Origin: Candidatus Bathyarchaeota archaeon
GTDB lineage: Archaea; Thermoproteota; Bathyarchaeia; Bathyarchaeales; Bathycorpusculaceae
Direction of reading: 5' to 3'
DNA: 64,000 nt
NCBI GenBank assembly: GCA_963828195.1
Contig: CAWHDT010000004.1
Span: 32,001-96,000, forward strand
In this document: one piece after another, positions 32,335 through 41,927 of the stretch
Numbering within the stretch: position 1 is the first letter of the stretch
Layout of the letters: the number at the start of each line of letters is the position of its first letter
Program-made: the position numbers and the translations under genes
The notes under the pieces: generated by a model
Databases searched by the model: none
The model's input: only the letters and a program-made list of their open reading frames with translations
Told to the model about the DNA's origin: nothing

Positions 32335-33324
32335 TTACGCCATTACTTGAGCGTTCCTATATGCTAACGAAATTGCTTGCAAACCGAGAAGTCCTTCTTC
32401 GCCGGACGGTTGCGGTTGCTCATCCTTTTGTATGCAATTAACAAAATGTTGCAGTTCCAAATAACGTGAAGTTTCTTTAGCCAATCCAAATTTTCTTGCA
32501 ATTCCTGCCCGTATTATGCTTGAAGTGCTGACTGGAGCCAATTGAACTGATGTGTTTTTGGCTGTACCGCAAACTTGAAGTGACGAGATGAAGCTTTTTG
32601 AAAACCAACCAGCCTTAACAGTTCCAATAGCGCCATTCTTAAATTTTAATGTGCAAGTCGCTACGTCCTCCAAATCCGTTCTGAACAGGTATTTGAGGAC
32701 GCTACTTGCAGATTCAACTTCACCGAAAAACCATATTAGTATGTCAACGAGGTGCGAGCCTAAATCTAGCAAGGCGCCTCCTCCCGTTAGCTCTTTGTCA
32801 AGCCACCACGAAGGCACTTTGACAGGTCCTATGCTGTCACTCCTGGGAGAGAACGGTCCACCGCTTATGTTCGTAGCTTCCGCAATTTGCACTTCACCGA
32901 AATAACCATTGACTATTTGATCATGAAGCCTGATAACAAGAGGATCAAACCGCATGTTAAAGCCAACCATTAACTTTACGGAGTTTTTCTGGACTGCAGA
33001 CAGAATTTTCTCGCCCTCCTCGACATTTCTTGCAAGGGGTTTTTCCAAAAGGATATGTTTTCCTGCTTCCGCCGACTTCACCGCAGCTTCTTGATGAAGA
33101 AAATTCGGCAAACTGATGATGACCCCGTCAATATTCGCATCTTTGAGGAGATCTTCATATTTTTCATAGACGTCTTTGACTCCATATTTTTTTGCGGTAT
33201 TTCTGGCCTTCGGAGATAAGTCTGCTACAGCTTCAATCTTGAATTCTTTTAACTTTAAAGAACTGCTAAGTAGGGATTTGCCTTCAACGCCAAGACCGAT
33301 AAGTCCCAAATTAATCGTTTTCAA
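32335..33324 (-). CDS. Gfo/Idh/MocA family oxidoreductase
   Basis: GLIGLG, EKPLA and GGGALLDLGSH. Confidence 0.93.
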   Translation of the reverse strand: MKTINLGLIGLGVEGKSLLSSSLKLKEFKIEAVADLSPKARNTAKKYGVKDVYEKYEDLLKDANIDGVIISLPNFLHQEAAVKSAEAGKHILLEKPLARNVEEGEKILSAVQKNSVKLMVGFNMRFDPLVIRLHDQIVNGYFGEVQIAEATNISGGPFSPRSDSIGPVKVPSWWLDKELTGGGALLDLGSHLVDILIWFFGEVESASSVLKYLFRTDLEDVATCTLKFKNGAIGTVKAGWFSKSFISSLQVCGTAKNTSVQLAPVSTSSIIRAGIARKFGLAKETSRYLELQHFVNCIQKDEQPQPSGEEGLLGLQAISLAYRNAQVMA

Positions 33325-33462
33325 AAAATAACCTCTTTTTTTTACAAATAATAAAGTTTCAAAGATAACGCAGCAAATGTTATAGTGATTTTTATTTCTT
33401 TTCCAATATTTTGCACAAATTATCGAGTAATGCTTTGAATTGCCTGATGAATCGTGAGCAGG

Positions 33463-34206
33463 TCATGCCTGACTTTTTTGAGTTTCTTTCAGTTGAAGAA
33501 GTGCGTATATTCTTATTGCCGCCCACTCTTCTTTAAAGTGAGCATCATACTGGCCTATATCTATTATCTCATAGTTGTGATCAAACAACAACTTTAGCAT
33601 GGCATTGTAGCCTTTATAGTGTGGTGAACTGATTGTAGCAAGCTCATCTACGAATGGGCATGTTAGAGTAGGCACGTCAATGTTTTTTCTGTTTGTCTCA
33701 AGGAAAAATAAGCGGGGTTTGTTAACATTCAGTAATTTATCCATTAAAGATACAAAAGATGTTTGACTGCATATATCAAATGCTCCGAGAAGAAGAATTG
33801 CGGAGAACAGACGATCTGACCCTGATTGCAGATTTAACTTTTCAAAAGAAGACGAATGTACCCAGGTACCTTTTGGATAAATTTGTTTAAGGTCTTTAAT
33901 TGCTTTGGCGCTGTTGTCAAAACCTGTTATATTGTATCCCGATTCTAAAAGTGGACCTGCCAACGGAGAATACCCACACATGACATCCAAAAAATTGTCG
34001 CCCGGGTTAAGATAGGGCTTTATTATGTTAAGAAGAGTTTCTCCGCGGTTGTTGACGTTTTTTAAATATGGATATTCATATCGAGAAGTGATTTTGCGCA
34101 AAACAGTTATCGCTGGCTTTTCTAAATGTAGAAAACGCAATGTCTTTTGCGCTGAATGTTTAACGCTCTGCTTGTTCATTGTTTTCCTTTCCGATGCCCT
34201 ATTCAT
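33463..34206 (-). CDS. Class I SAM-dependent methyltransferase-like protein
   Basis: FLDVMCGYSP motif I and ITGFD motif II; close paralog of 41153-41860. Confidence 0.75.
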   Translation of the reverse strand: MNRASERKTMNKQSVKHSAQKTLRFLHLEKPAITVLRKITSRYEYPYLKNVNNRGETLLNIIKPYLNPGDNFLDVMCGYSPLAGPLLESGYNITGFDNSAKAIKDLKQIYPKGTWVHSSSFEKLNLQSGSDRLFSAILLLGAFDICSQTSFVSLMDKLLNVNKPRLFFLETNRKNIDVPTLTCPFVDELATISSPHYKGYNAMLKLLFDHNYEIIDIGQYDAHFKEEWAAIRIYALLQLKETQKSQA

Positions 34207-34266
34207 TGTTAATTTTGTAAGAATTTGGATGTTAATCGCTGAGTTTTACAAGGGATCGTTGCGGAT

Positions 34267-37200
34267 CTAATTGGAAAAGGGGGAGGTTACGTCATTTTTC
34301 CGTTTTTTTAATGACAGTGCAACCGCGCCAAAGGTCACAAGCACAATTGCTAACAAGACTAAAATGAATGCTACAGTGCTGAACTCTGGTACTGTTGGGG
34401 TTGGAGAGGGAGATGCAGTTACAATCGGAGTAGGAGACGGAGACGCAGTTGGAACTGGAGTTGGTTTTGGAGTTGAGACTGGAGTAGGTGAAGGGGTCGA
34501 AGTAGGTGAAGGAGTTGGAGTAGGTGCGACAGATACAGTAATGGTAGATGCAGTAGAGTTCACCGCGATACCCGTATTGTCAGTTACTTGGAGGATAAAG
34601 TTCCAGTCGCCAACAGCAGTAGAAGATGAAATTGAAAAGTTGTAGAAAGACGAAGTTGCACCGCTAATAGAAGAGTATGAGAGTGCACCAGGAGCCTTGC
34701 TAAACCATTGATAGGTGTAGGGCGAAGTGCCAGTTGCCAAAGCAGATGAAGTTACATTGACTGTTTGCAGTGTCTGGCTTTGAACGATTGTGCTAGGAGT
34801 AGGCGTCAACGAAGGAGCAGCCAAAACAGAATTTACCGTAACAGAAGGCGAAGCGGATTGAGGCGAAGTTATACCTAAGCTGTCAGTAACAGTTGCCGTA
34901 ATTAATGGGGAACCAGAAGCACTAGCAGAATAAGTATAGGTTGAAGCCGTTTTGCCGCTTTGAGCTACGCCGCCAACATACCATTGGTATGATGAATAAC
35001 TACCTGAACCTCCAGTGGGATTAGCAGTAAATACATTGGACTGACCAACGTCCAAAGTCAATGAAGTAGGCGTTATAGAAACAGTTGGAGAACTCACCAT
35101 AACAGTGGCTGCAGTAGAGTTCACCGCGGCACCCGTATTATCCGTCACTTGAAGGATGAAACTCCAACTACCGGTAGCCGTTGAAGCCGAAGTGACAAAA
35201 CTGAAACTTCCTAAGTTTGGACCCTCCTTAACGTAACTTCCGCCTGGAGCCTTCTCAAACCATTGATACGTATATGGCGAAGTGCCAGTTGTAACAGCAG
35301 TAGAAGTCAAACTTGAAGTCTGGCTCTGATCAACAGCGACAGGTGAAGGAGAAACTGTGGGAGCAGCCAAAACAGAATTTACCGTAACAGCAGGAGCAGA
35401 AGACTGAGGCGAAGTTACACCCAATAAACTGTCAGTAACAGTTACCGTAATTAATGGGGAACCAGAAGCACTAGCAGAATAAGTATAGGTTGAAGCCGTT
35501 TTGCCGCTTTGAGCTACGCCGCCAACATACCATTGGTATGATGAATAACTACCTGAACCTCCATAAGCAATAGCAGTGAACATCTCAGATTGGCCAGCAT
35601 CCATTGTCCAAGAAGTAGGCGATACAGTAACAGTTGGAGTGACGGTCACCATAACAGTGGCTGCAGTAGAGTTCACCGCGGCACCTGTGTTGTCAGTCAC
35701 TTGGAGAATAAATTTCCAGTTGCCAGCAGTCGTAGACGAAGAAGTCACAAAGTTGTTGTTGGACGAAGTTGCGCCACTTATAGATGTGTAAGATAATGCA
35801 CCGGGGGCTTCACTGAACCACTGGTACGTGTAAGGAGTAGTACCTGTTGTAACCGCGGTAGAAGTTAAACTACAAGGCTGACCCCGACCGATGATACTTG
35901 GATTAGGCGATACAGTCGGAGCAACCAAGGCAGAGTCAACAGTTACAGTTGCAGAAGCAGAATTCAGCGTTGATCCGCCTCCAGTGGGGGTCAATTGAAG
36001 CTGGAAGCTCCAGCTGCCCACAGCTGTAGAAGCGGAAGTCACAAAGTTATAGCTAGACGATGTTGCGCCGCCTATAGGTGTGTAAGAAGATGCGCTTGGA
36101 GCCTTACTAAACCATTGATATGTGTAAGGCGAAGAACCCGTCACGGCAGGAAAAGTCAAACTTGAAGTTTGACCCTGATTCACTGAGCCAGGCGAAACGG
36201 ATACGGTGCGACCAGCTAAAGTTGAGCCATCTGGTATTACTGAGGCTATTTGGGACAGGGCATTGCCTATAAATATCTCTCCCAAGCCAGAATCATACGC
36301 AGCGCCATAAGGAACCATTCCCACTCCGATATTTTCAATTACGGAGTTACCGCTGTCTGATATCACCGAAACAGAGCTAGAAAACTCGTTGGCAACGAAT
36401 ATTTCGCCCAAGGCAGGATCATAAGCCATGCATTCAGGTTGGGTTCCGACGTCTATGGGCGTACCAACCACGGTGTTAGTACTGTCAGATATCACCGAAA
36501 CCGTGCCGGCCCAATAATTGGTTACGAATATCTCGCCCGTGCCAGAATCATAAACTACACCATCCACGCCAGACCCCGGACTTCCCACAGTTATGGTTGT
36601 GATAACAGTATTAGTGCTATCCGATATTACAGAGACCGTGCCGGAATTATAGTTGGCGACAAATATTTCACCTTTGCCAGAATCATAAGCTAAACCATAT
36701 GGGTAGGTTTGCACGGGTATGGTTGCCACCACGGTATTGGTAGCATCATTAATCACAGAGACAGAGTTGCCGCCTGGTTGCGTAGATGAAGACTCATTTC
36801 CATAATTGGTAACGAATATTTCGCCTTTTCCGGAATCATAAGCTACACATGAGGGACCGAGACCAGTGGTTATGTTTGCTACCACTGCATTGTTGCTGTC
36901 TGATATCACAGAAATCGAGTTGGTTGTATAGCTGCTTACGAATATTTCGCCCTTAGCAGAATCATAAGCTACGCCATAAGCCCAGTTTCCTACAGGCAAA
37001 GTCGCAACCACCTCATCATTACTATCAGATATAACCGAGACAGTGCCGGCTCCAGCATCAGCCACGAATATTTCGCCCTTACCAGAGTCATAAGCAACAT
37101 CTTGGGGCCAGCTTCCCACGGGCACCGATGCAACCACAGTATCCGATATGATTGAGACAGAGGTAGACCCAGAGTTGGCAACGAATATCTCACCCAGATA

Positions 37201-38127
37201 AGAATCGTAAGCTTCGCCAGAAGGATCAGAACCCACAGAAATAGTTCCGCCGGTTGTAAGCACTGCATTTGTGCTGTCAGAAATTATCGAAACAGTTCCA
37301 GAGCCACTGTTCGCCACGAAGATCTCACCCGCGCCAGAATCATAAGCCACACCAGAAGGACCGCTTCCAACGGATGGAGAAGCAATCACGGTATTAGTGA
37401 CGTCAGATATCACTGAGACAGAGCCAGACCCTTGATTAGCAACGAATATTTCGCCCTTAGCAGAATCATAAGCTAGACTTTCAGGATCAGATCCCACAGA
37501 GATAGGTGTACCAACTACGGCATTAGTGCTATCCGATATCACCGAAACACTCCCAGAGCCACCGTTGGCGACAAATATTTCGCCCTTAGCAGAATCATAA
37601 GCTACAGCAGTAGGATCAGTTCCCACAGTAACGTTTGCCACAACCGTATAAGTGCTAAGCGAAATCACCGAGACATTGCCTATTCCGGAATCAGCCACGA
37701 ATATTTCGTTTTTGCCAGAATCGTAAGCCAAGCCTGAAGGACCGGCGCCGGCACCCAAAGACACATTTGCCACAACTGCATAAGAGTAATCATCTAGCGC
37801 GTAAACCGTGTTGGACCCAGAGTTTGAAACGAATACCTGATTTCCAGAATCCCAAACTGCACCAATGGGATCTGATCCCACTGACACGTTCGCAATCACC
37901 GCCTCAGTGCTGTCCGATATTACAGAGACGTTGTCGGAGCCGCTATTGACAACGAATATAGTCCCCTTGTTAGAATCGTAAGCTACGCCCGCAGGATTGG
38001 TTCCTACTGTTATGGTTGCGTTTATTGCGGTGCCGGAGGCTATATCCACATGGGTTATTAAAGTGGCAAAAATCATAATGAAAATAATGAAAACGAATCC
38101 TAAAAGTTTAGAAAACTTTACTTTCAT
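34267..38127 (-). CDS. Surface protein with 14 YVTN/YncE repeats (two 7-bladed propellers), Ig-like repeats and a PEF-CTERM-like sorting signal
   Basis: 14 copies of P..VAYDS..GEIFV.N..VSVI; C-terminus PTPTVPEF-TM-KKRK. Confidence 0.9.
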   Translation of the reverse strand: MKVKFSKLLGFVFIIFIMIFATLITHVDIASGTAINATITVGTNPAGVAYDSNKGTIFVVNSGSDNVSVISDSTEAVIANVSVGSDPIGAVWDSGNQVFVSNSGSNTVYALDDYSYAVVANVSLGAGAGPSGLAYDSGKNEIFVADSGIGNVSVISLSTYTVVANVTVGTDPTAVAYDSAKGEIFVANGGSGSVSVISDSTNAVVGTPISVGSDPESLAYDSAKGEIFVANQGSGSVSVISDVTNTVIASPSVGSGPSGVAYDSGAGEIFVANSGSGTVSIISDSTNAVLTTGGTISVGSDPSGEAYDSYLGEIFVANSGSTSVSIISDTVVASVPVGSWPQDVAYDSGKGEIFVADAGAGTVSVISDSNDEVVATLPVGNWAYGVAYDSAKGEIFVSSYTTNSISVISDSNNAVVANITTGLGPSCVAYDSGKGEIFVTNYGNESSSTQPGGNSVSVINDATNTVVATIPVQTYPYGLAYDSGKGEIFVANYNSGTVSVISDSTNTVITTITVGSPGSGVDGVVYDSGTGEIFVTNYWAGTVSVISDSTNTVVGTPIDVGTQPECMAYDPALGEIFVANEFSSSVSVISDSGNSVIENIGVGMVPYGAAYDSGLGEIFIGNALSQIASVIPDGSTLAGRTVSVSPGSVNQGQTSSLTFPAVTGSSPYTYQWFSKAPSASSYTPIGGATSSSYNFVTSASTAVGSWSFQLQLTPTGGGSTLNSASATVTVDSALVAPTVSPNPSIIGRGQPCSLTSTAVTTGTTPYTYQWFSEAPGALSYTSISGATSSNNNFVTSSSTTAGNWKFILQVTDNTGAAVNSTAATVMVTVTPTVTVSPTSWTMDAGQSEMFTAIAYGGSGSYSSYQWYVGGVAQSGKTASTYTYSASASGSPLITVTVTDSLLGVTSPQSSAPAVTVNSVLAAPTVSPSPVAVDQSQTSSLTSTAVTTGTSPYTYQWFEKAPGGSYVKEGPNLGSFSFVTSASTATGSWSFILQVTDNTGAAVNSTAATVMVSSPTVSITPTSLTLDVGQSNVFTANPTGGSGSYSSYQWYVGGVAQSGKTASTYTYSASASGSPLITATVTDSLGITSPQSASPSVTVNSVLAAPSLTPTPSTIVQSQTLQTVNVTSSALATGTSPYTYQWFSKAPGALSYSSISGATSSFYNFSISSSTAVGDWNFILQVTDNTGIAVNSTASTITVSVAPTPTPSPTSTPSPTPVSTPKPTPVPTASPSPTPIVTASPSPTPTVPEFSTVAFILVLLAIVLVTFGAVALSLKKRKNDVTSPFSN
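34896..35563. repeat. Identical 119-bp intragenic direct repeat (34896-35014 and 35445-35563)
   Basis: Base-by-base identity of the segments encoding GGSGSYSSYQWYVGGVAQSGKTASTYTYSASASGSPLIT. Confidence 0.9.
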
Positions 38128-38507
38128 AAAAAATCCCTCTTAAAATTTCATTTAATAAAGCTACTTAGCTCTGCCTTTTATGGCAAGCGCTCTTCTATTT
38201 TTATTAGAATAACTTAACTTATAAGCATTTTGCAAAAAACTTTTGAAATTAATTTTTTTAATGGGGTGTTTATGTTTTTCCATATTTTGAAAACCTCTTA
38301 ACATATTTTATGTTGTGGGGCAATAAGCTCGTTCACTATCATTGATGATCTACAAGAGGGTTGGGTGCTTAACGTGGACAGAATTGAACCTGCGCCAAGT
38401 CAACGGCGGCTTCATTGAATGACAAATCTAGAAAAGCTGACTGCAAACCTTTACTTTTAAAAATAATGTAAAGAATGGGAATAACTGGTAAAACAACGTT
38501 CGAAACC

Positions 38508-39668
38508 CTAAATATCCTCTATTTCATACGAGTCAGAAAACAATTTCTTCTTCAGAGATGATGGCACTACATCGTAGAAACGTGCAAGAGAGTCAAGAAT
38601 CCCGTCATAGCACTTTACAAAATAAAAAGATTCATCAGATTCGCAGCCCCTCTTCAGCTTAATTTCCGCCATGCCTGTACCATAATAGATTTCTTTGATG
38701 CCGTTTTCAATTGCCCATTTTATTGGAGCGTAATAAACCAAATTAAGATAAACATAATCATTGTTTGAGCAGGCTGAATAATCGAAGCCACATTTAAAAC
38801 CTTCTAAAGTTTCTTTATGCTGCATGCATAAGGTAAAGCCAACAATTTTTTCGTTCTTTTTGGCCAGAAATAACAACGTTTTATCTCCAGCGTGCCTACT
38901 TAAACTTTTAAAGAAAGAAGCATCGTAGTAAGGTGATTGCCTTCTGTTATATTTGAAGTAAAGATTTGAGTAGAGATTTGACAATACCAAAGACAGCTGC
39001 TCGAATTCAGATATGGCTTCAATTTTAACACTGTTTTCGCCCGATTTTTTCAACTCACGTCTAACATTTTTACGAACTTTATAATTTAGGCTCATTAAAT
39101 ATTCGTCGAAAGTAGTCCACCGGATTTTGATGGTATAAGTTTTTCTCCAAGGTAATTTGCGGTATCCGAAATCATTTAAACTATTCATGAGATTTGCTTC
39201 TGAAGCCGAAACACAGATAAAACAACTAATTGAGATTCGTCCCGTTTTGCATAAGCAATCGATTCCTTCAGATATCTTACCTATAATTAGGCTTTTATCA
39301 TAGTTTTCATCGCAAAGAATTCCGCTACGCCAACAGCCAGCTGGAGAATGGCAAAGTAATGCATGGCGATTGTATAAATTGAGAAAGTCCGCAAAGGTCA
39401 ATATTTTTGTTAAGAATGGGATTAATTTTGGTGTGTTAGCGAAATAGGTATCTTTTTGGTCAATGAAACATGGAGTAAAAGCTACCGGATTTGCGCCACA
39501 AAAAACAGCTACGTAGTATACATCTTGTTTCATGATGTTTTCCATTGTTTTAAACCATTCATAAGTGCAATGAGGGTCAGTTGAAAGGGAATTAACGAAA
39601 CTTTTGCCCAAGATATCCACGGATTTTAAGATTTTGAAATTCAATTGTTCAGTCAACTTGACTACCAT
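38508..39668 (-). CDS. FemAB-like GNAT (DUF482-type)
   Basis: W.TFDEYL.SL..K.RKNVRRE, Y..L.YY.PI.WAIENG and K.KRG pattern of FemAB_like proteins. Confidence 0.8.
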   Translation of the reverse strand: MVVKLTEQLNFKILKSVDILGKSFVNSLSTDPHCTYEWFKTMENIMKQDVYYVAVFCGANPVAFTPCFIDQKDTYFANTPKLIPFLTKILTFADFLNLYNRHALLCHSPAGCWRSGILCDENYDKSLIIGKISEGIDCLCKTGRISISCFICVSASEANLMNSLNDFGYRKLPWRKTYTIKIRWTTFDEYLMSLNYKVRKNVRRELKKSGENSVKIEAISEFEQLSLVLSNLYSNLYFKYNRRQSPYYDASFFKSLSRHAGDKTLLFLAKKNEKIVGFTLCMQHKETLEGFKCGFDYSACSNNDYVYLNLVYYAPIKWAIENGIKEIYYGTGMAEIKLKRGCESDESFYFVKCYDGILDSLARFYDVVPSSLKKKLFSDSYEIEDI

Positions 39669-39708
39669 CGTGAAAGATATTTTCGGTAAGAAAGTTTGCC
39701 TCTTGATT

Positions 39709-40968
39709 TCAAAAACTGACCCGTGGAGGACTCCACGCGCGGCTTTTGTCTTTTAACATGTTAATTAAGCCCAAAGGAGAAAAAGCAAGTCTAAATAGAA
39801 AAGGCGCAGGATCGTTTACTTCAAATAAATCGTAAAACAAACCAGGTTCATAAAACTTAAGCCAACTGGCAAGCAACTTCAAATCGCCTTTCTGCAAATT
39901 TGAGTTTGCTGAGGAATCCTTGATTAGCTTTACAATGTACAGGAGGTCTTGCTCGAGATATCTGCCTTTAACACCCTCTTTATAGTTGAATGTCCCCTTG
40001 ACGTCTCCATCCATTGCTATTTTGTACAATAAATAAGGAAAGTCCACCCCAGCTTTGACTGCAACACAAAGTGATCCCCAGAACCGCGGATTTATCTCCA
40101 GCAGTTTGGGAGTATTGTCGCGAGGGTCAAGTCTGAACTCGACTTCAGCTATTCCGTGCCAATTCAGTGATTCAAGAAGCTTTTCAGTATACATCTTCAT
40201 GCGAGGGTTCAGCGGAGCACTTTCGCGGTAACAACTGTTGCCTCCACTAGGAGGCCAAGCTCGGTTAACTTTTATGCAGCAGAAGGCTCTAGGTTTTCCA
40301 TTGTTGTATACTGCAGCGACTGAATAGTTGATTCCTGGAACATATTCTTGAATTAACGGATATGGAAAATACTGGTTTATGCTGTTGTAAGTTGCAATAA
40401 GTTCCGAAGCAGAGTTGACGAATCCGCCCCGCCTATCAAAAGCGCGATCTTTCTGCCACACCACTGACCAACGTGGTTTAACAACGCAGGGGTAGCTCAT
40501 TTCCTGAGCAGCAAGTTTTAGTTCCGCTGAATTTTGAACAAAACGAGTTTGTGGAATAGGCACGCCATTTTCCATCGCCAACTTAAGCGTCGAGCTTTTA
40601 TCAAAACATGACAGAATTGAATCGTGACTGGCGATGGGCAGTTTAACGTAAGGAGTTAATCTGTCTCTGTTTTTGGAAATCGGCACCAGAGATGCTTCAG
40701 AAAGCGGAAAATACATATCAAACTTTGAGTTTTTAACTATTTTTTCAACCGCTTGAGCATATTCTTTTTCAAGGCTAGTTGATGGGACTAAAAATTGTTT
40801 TCGACAAAATTTGGAAAAACGGGAAGTATACACGGGAAAGTTTGTCAGGACAGCTGTGTTTATGTTCCTTTTTCCTAGAGACCGTATGATTGGAAGGCTG
40901 ATGGGACAATATCCTTCAGCCACTAAGACGCCGTCGCTTTCCATGTTAATCAACCAATAAGGATTCAA
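39709..40968 (-). CDS. ATP-grasp ligase (polysaccharide-associated amide ligase type)
   Basis: DK, YPCVVKPR, LIQEYVPG and EVEF...LLEINPRFWGS; start may be ATG 40944. Confidence 0.9.
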   Translation of the reverse strand: MNPYWLINMESDGVLVAEGYCPISLPIIRSLGKRNINTAVLTNFPVYTSRFSKFCRKQFLVPSTSLEKEYAQAVEKIVKNSKFDMYFPLSEASLVPISKNRDRLTPYVKLPIASHDSILSCFDKSSTLKLAMENGVPIPQTRFVQNSAELKLAAQEMSYPCVVKPRWSVVWQKDRAFDRRGGFVNSASELIATYNSINQYFPYPLIQEYVPGINYSVAAVYNNGKPRAFCCIKVNRAWPPSGGNSCYRESAPLNPRMKMYTEKLLESLNWHGIAEVEFRLDPRDNTPKLLEINPRFWGSLCVAVKAGVDFPYLLYKIAMDGDVKGTFNYKEGVKGRYLEQDLLYIVKLIKDSSANSNLQKGDLKLLASWLKFYEPGLFYDLFEVNDPAPFLFRLAFSPLGLINMLKDKSRAWSPPRVSF

Positions 40969-40976
40969 TTGTTAAT

Positions 40977-41050
40977 TGGAGCCAGGGGTTGGATTTGCAC
41001 CAACATAAACGGCTCTGCAGGCCGTCGCTTTCGTACTCAGCCACCCCGGC
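40977..41050 (-). tRNA. tRNA-Cys(GCA), non-canonical (no D-loop GG, T-loop UGCAAAU), copy 1, CCA encoded
   Basis: GCCGGGG TG GCTG AGTACGA AAGC G ACGGC CTGCAGA GCCGT TTAT GTTGG TGCAAAT CCAAC CCCTGGC T CCA folds into a full cloverleaf. Confidence 0.92.
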
Positions 41051-41082
41051 GACATCATTTTTTAATCCGCGGAAGATCCAAC

Positions 41083-41096
41083 ATTATAATTTTCTG
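41083..41096 (-). promoter_or_regulatory. Putative BRE-TATA upstream of tRNA copy 1
   Basis: CAGAAAATTATAAT on the minus strand, about 35-45 nt before the mature 5' end. Confidence 0.45.
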
Positions 41097-41152
41097 GGCT
41101 TAAAGCCGTTAAAGCCACGTCGGGAAACAATATTTTCTAAATAATAAGCAAG

Positions 41153-41860
41153 CTAAATAGCTATTGATTTGGGTTTCTCAGCTAGAATTGCGTATATCCT
41201 CATTGTTGCCCACTTTTCTTTAAACTGAGCATCATATTGGCCGACGTCTATTACTTCGTAATTATGATCAATTAGTAACTTTAGCATCGCGTTGTACCCT
41301 TTAAGGTGTACAGAGCGAATTGTCCCAGATTCCTCTATGAATGGACTGTCAATTGTGGGTGCCTTTTCGATGCTTCTATTTGTTTCCAGAAAGAACATGC
41401 GGGGTTTGCTAACACTCAAGAGTTTGTCGATTGAAGATACGAAAGCTTGTTGACAACATAGCTCGAATGCTCCGAGAAGAAGAAAGATTGAAAATTGTCG
41501 TTCTTCGTCAGGTTCGGTTTTAAAGCTTCCATAAGAAGAAAGTACCCACTTTCCTTCTGGATAAATTTTTCTCAAATCTTTTATCGCCGTGCGATTATCG
41601 TCAAATCCGGTTATATTGAATCCTGACTTTAGCAATGGCTTCGCCAACGGAGAATAGCCACACATTATATCCAAAAAATTGTCTCCGGAATTAAGATACG
41701 GCTTTATTATGTTAAAAAGAGTTTCGCCCCTTAAACTAACGCCTTTCAGATAAGGATATTCGTATCGGGAGGTAACTTTGTTTAAAATCACTAAGGCAGG
41801 TTTTTCTAATCTCAAAGTTTGTAAAGCCTTATGGCCAAAATTTTTTATTCCTGAGCCCAA
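41153..41860 (-). CDS. Class I SAM-dependent methyltransferase-like protein
   Basis: FLDIMCGYSP and ITGFDD; close paralog of 33463-34206. Confidence 0.75.
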   Translation of the reverse strand: MGSGIKNFGHKALQTLRLEKPALVILNKVTSRYEYPYLKGVSLRGETLFNIIKPYLNSGDNFLDIMCGYSPLAKPLLKSGFNITGFDDNRTAIKDLRKIYPEGKWVLSSYGSFKTEPDEERQFSIFLLLGAFELCCQQAFVSSIDKLLSVSKPRMFFLETNRSIEKAPTIDSPFIEESGTIRSVHLKGYNAMLKLLIDHNYEVIDVGQYDAQFKEKWATMRIYAILAEKPKSIAI

Positions 41861-41927
41861 ATTTTATTTACCCCCTATAATGCCTCGGTTACATTAAAAG
41901 TTTGGTTATAAACGATTTTTAAATTAA

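Noticed and set aside
36250-38000. Regularly spaced ~126-bp DNA repeats resembling a CRISPR array
   Set aside because: They are in-frame YVTN coding repeats with degenerate third positions; no unique spacers or cas genes
38371-38420. Possible further tRNA fragment (GCAGGTTCAATTCTGTCCACG on the minus strand)
   Set aside because: Only a T-loop-like motif with an imperfect stem; no convincing anticodon or acceptor arm
40977-41050. tRNA-Sec or suppressor tRNA interpretation
   Set aside because: Anticodon is GCA, the variable loop is 4 nt and stems are 7/5, so it is not Sec-like
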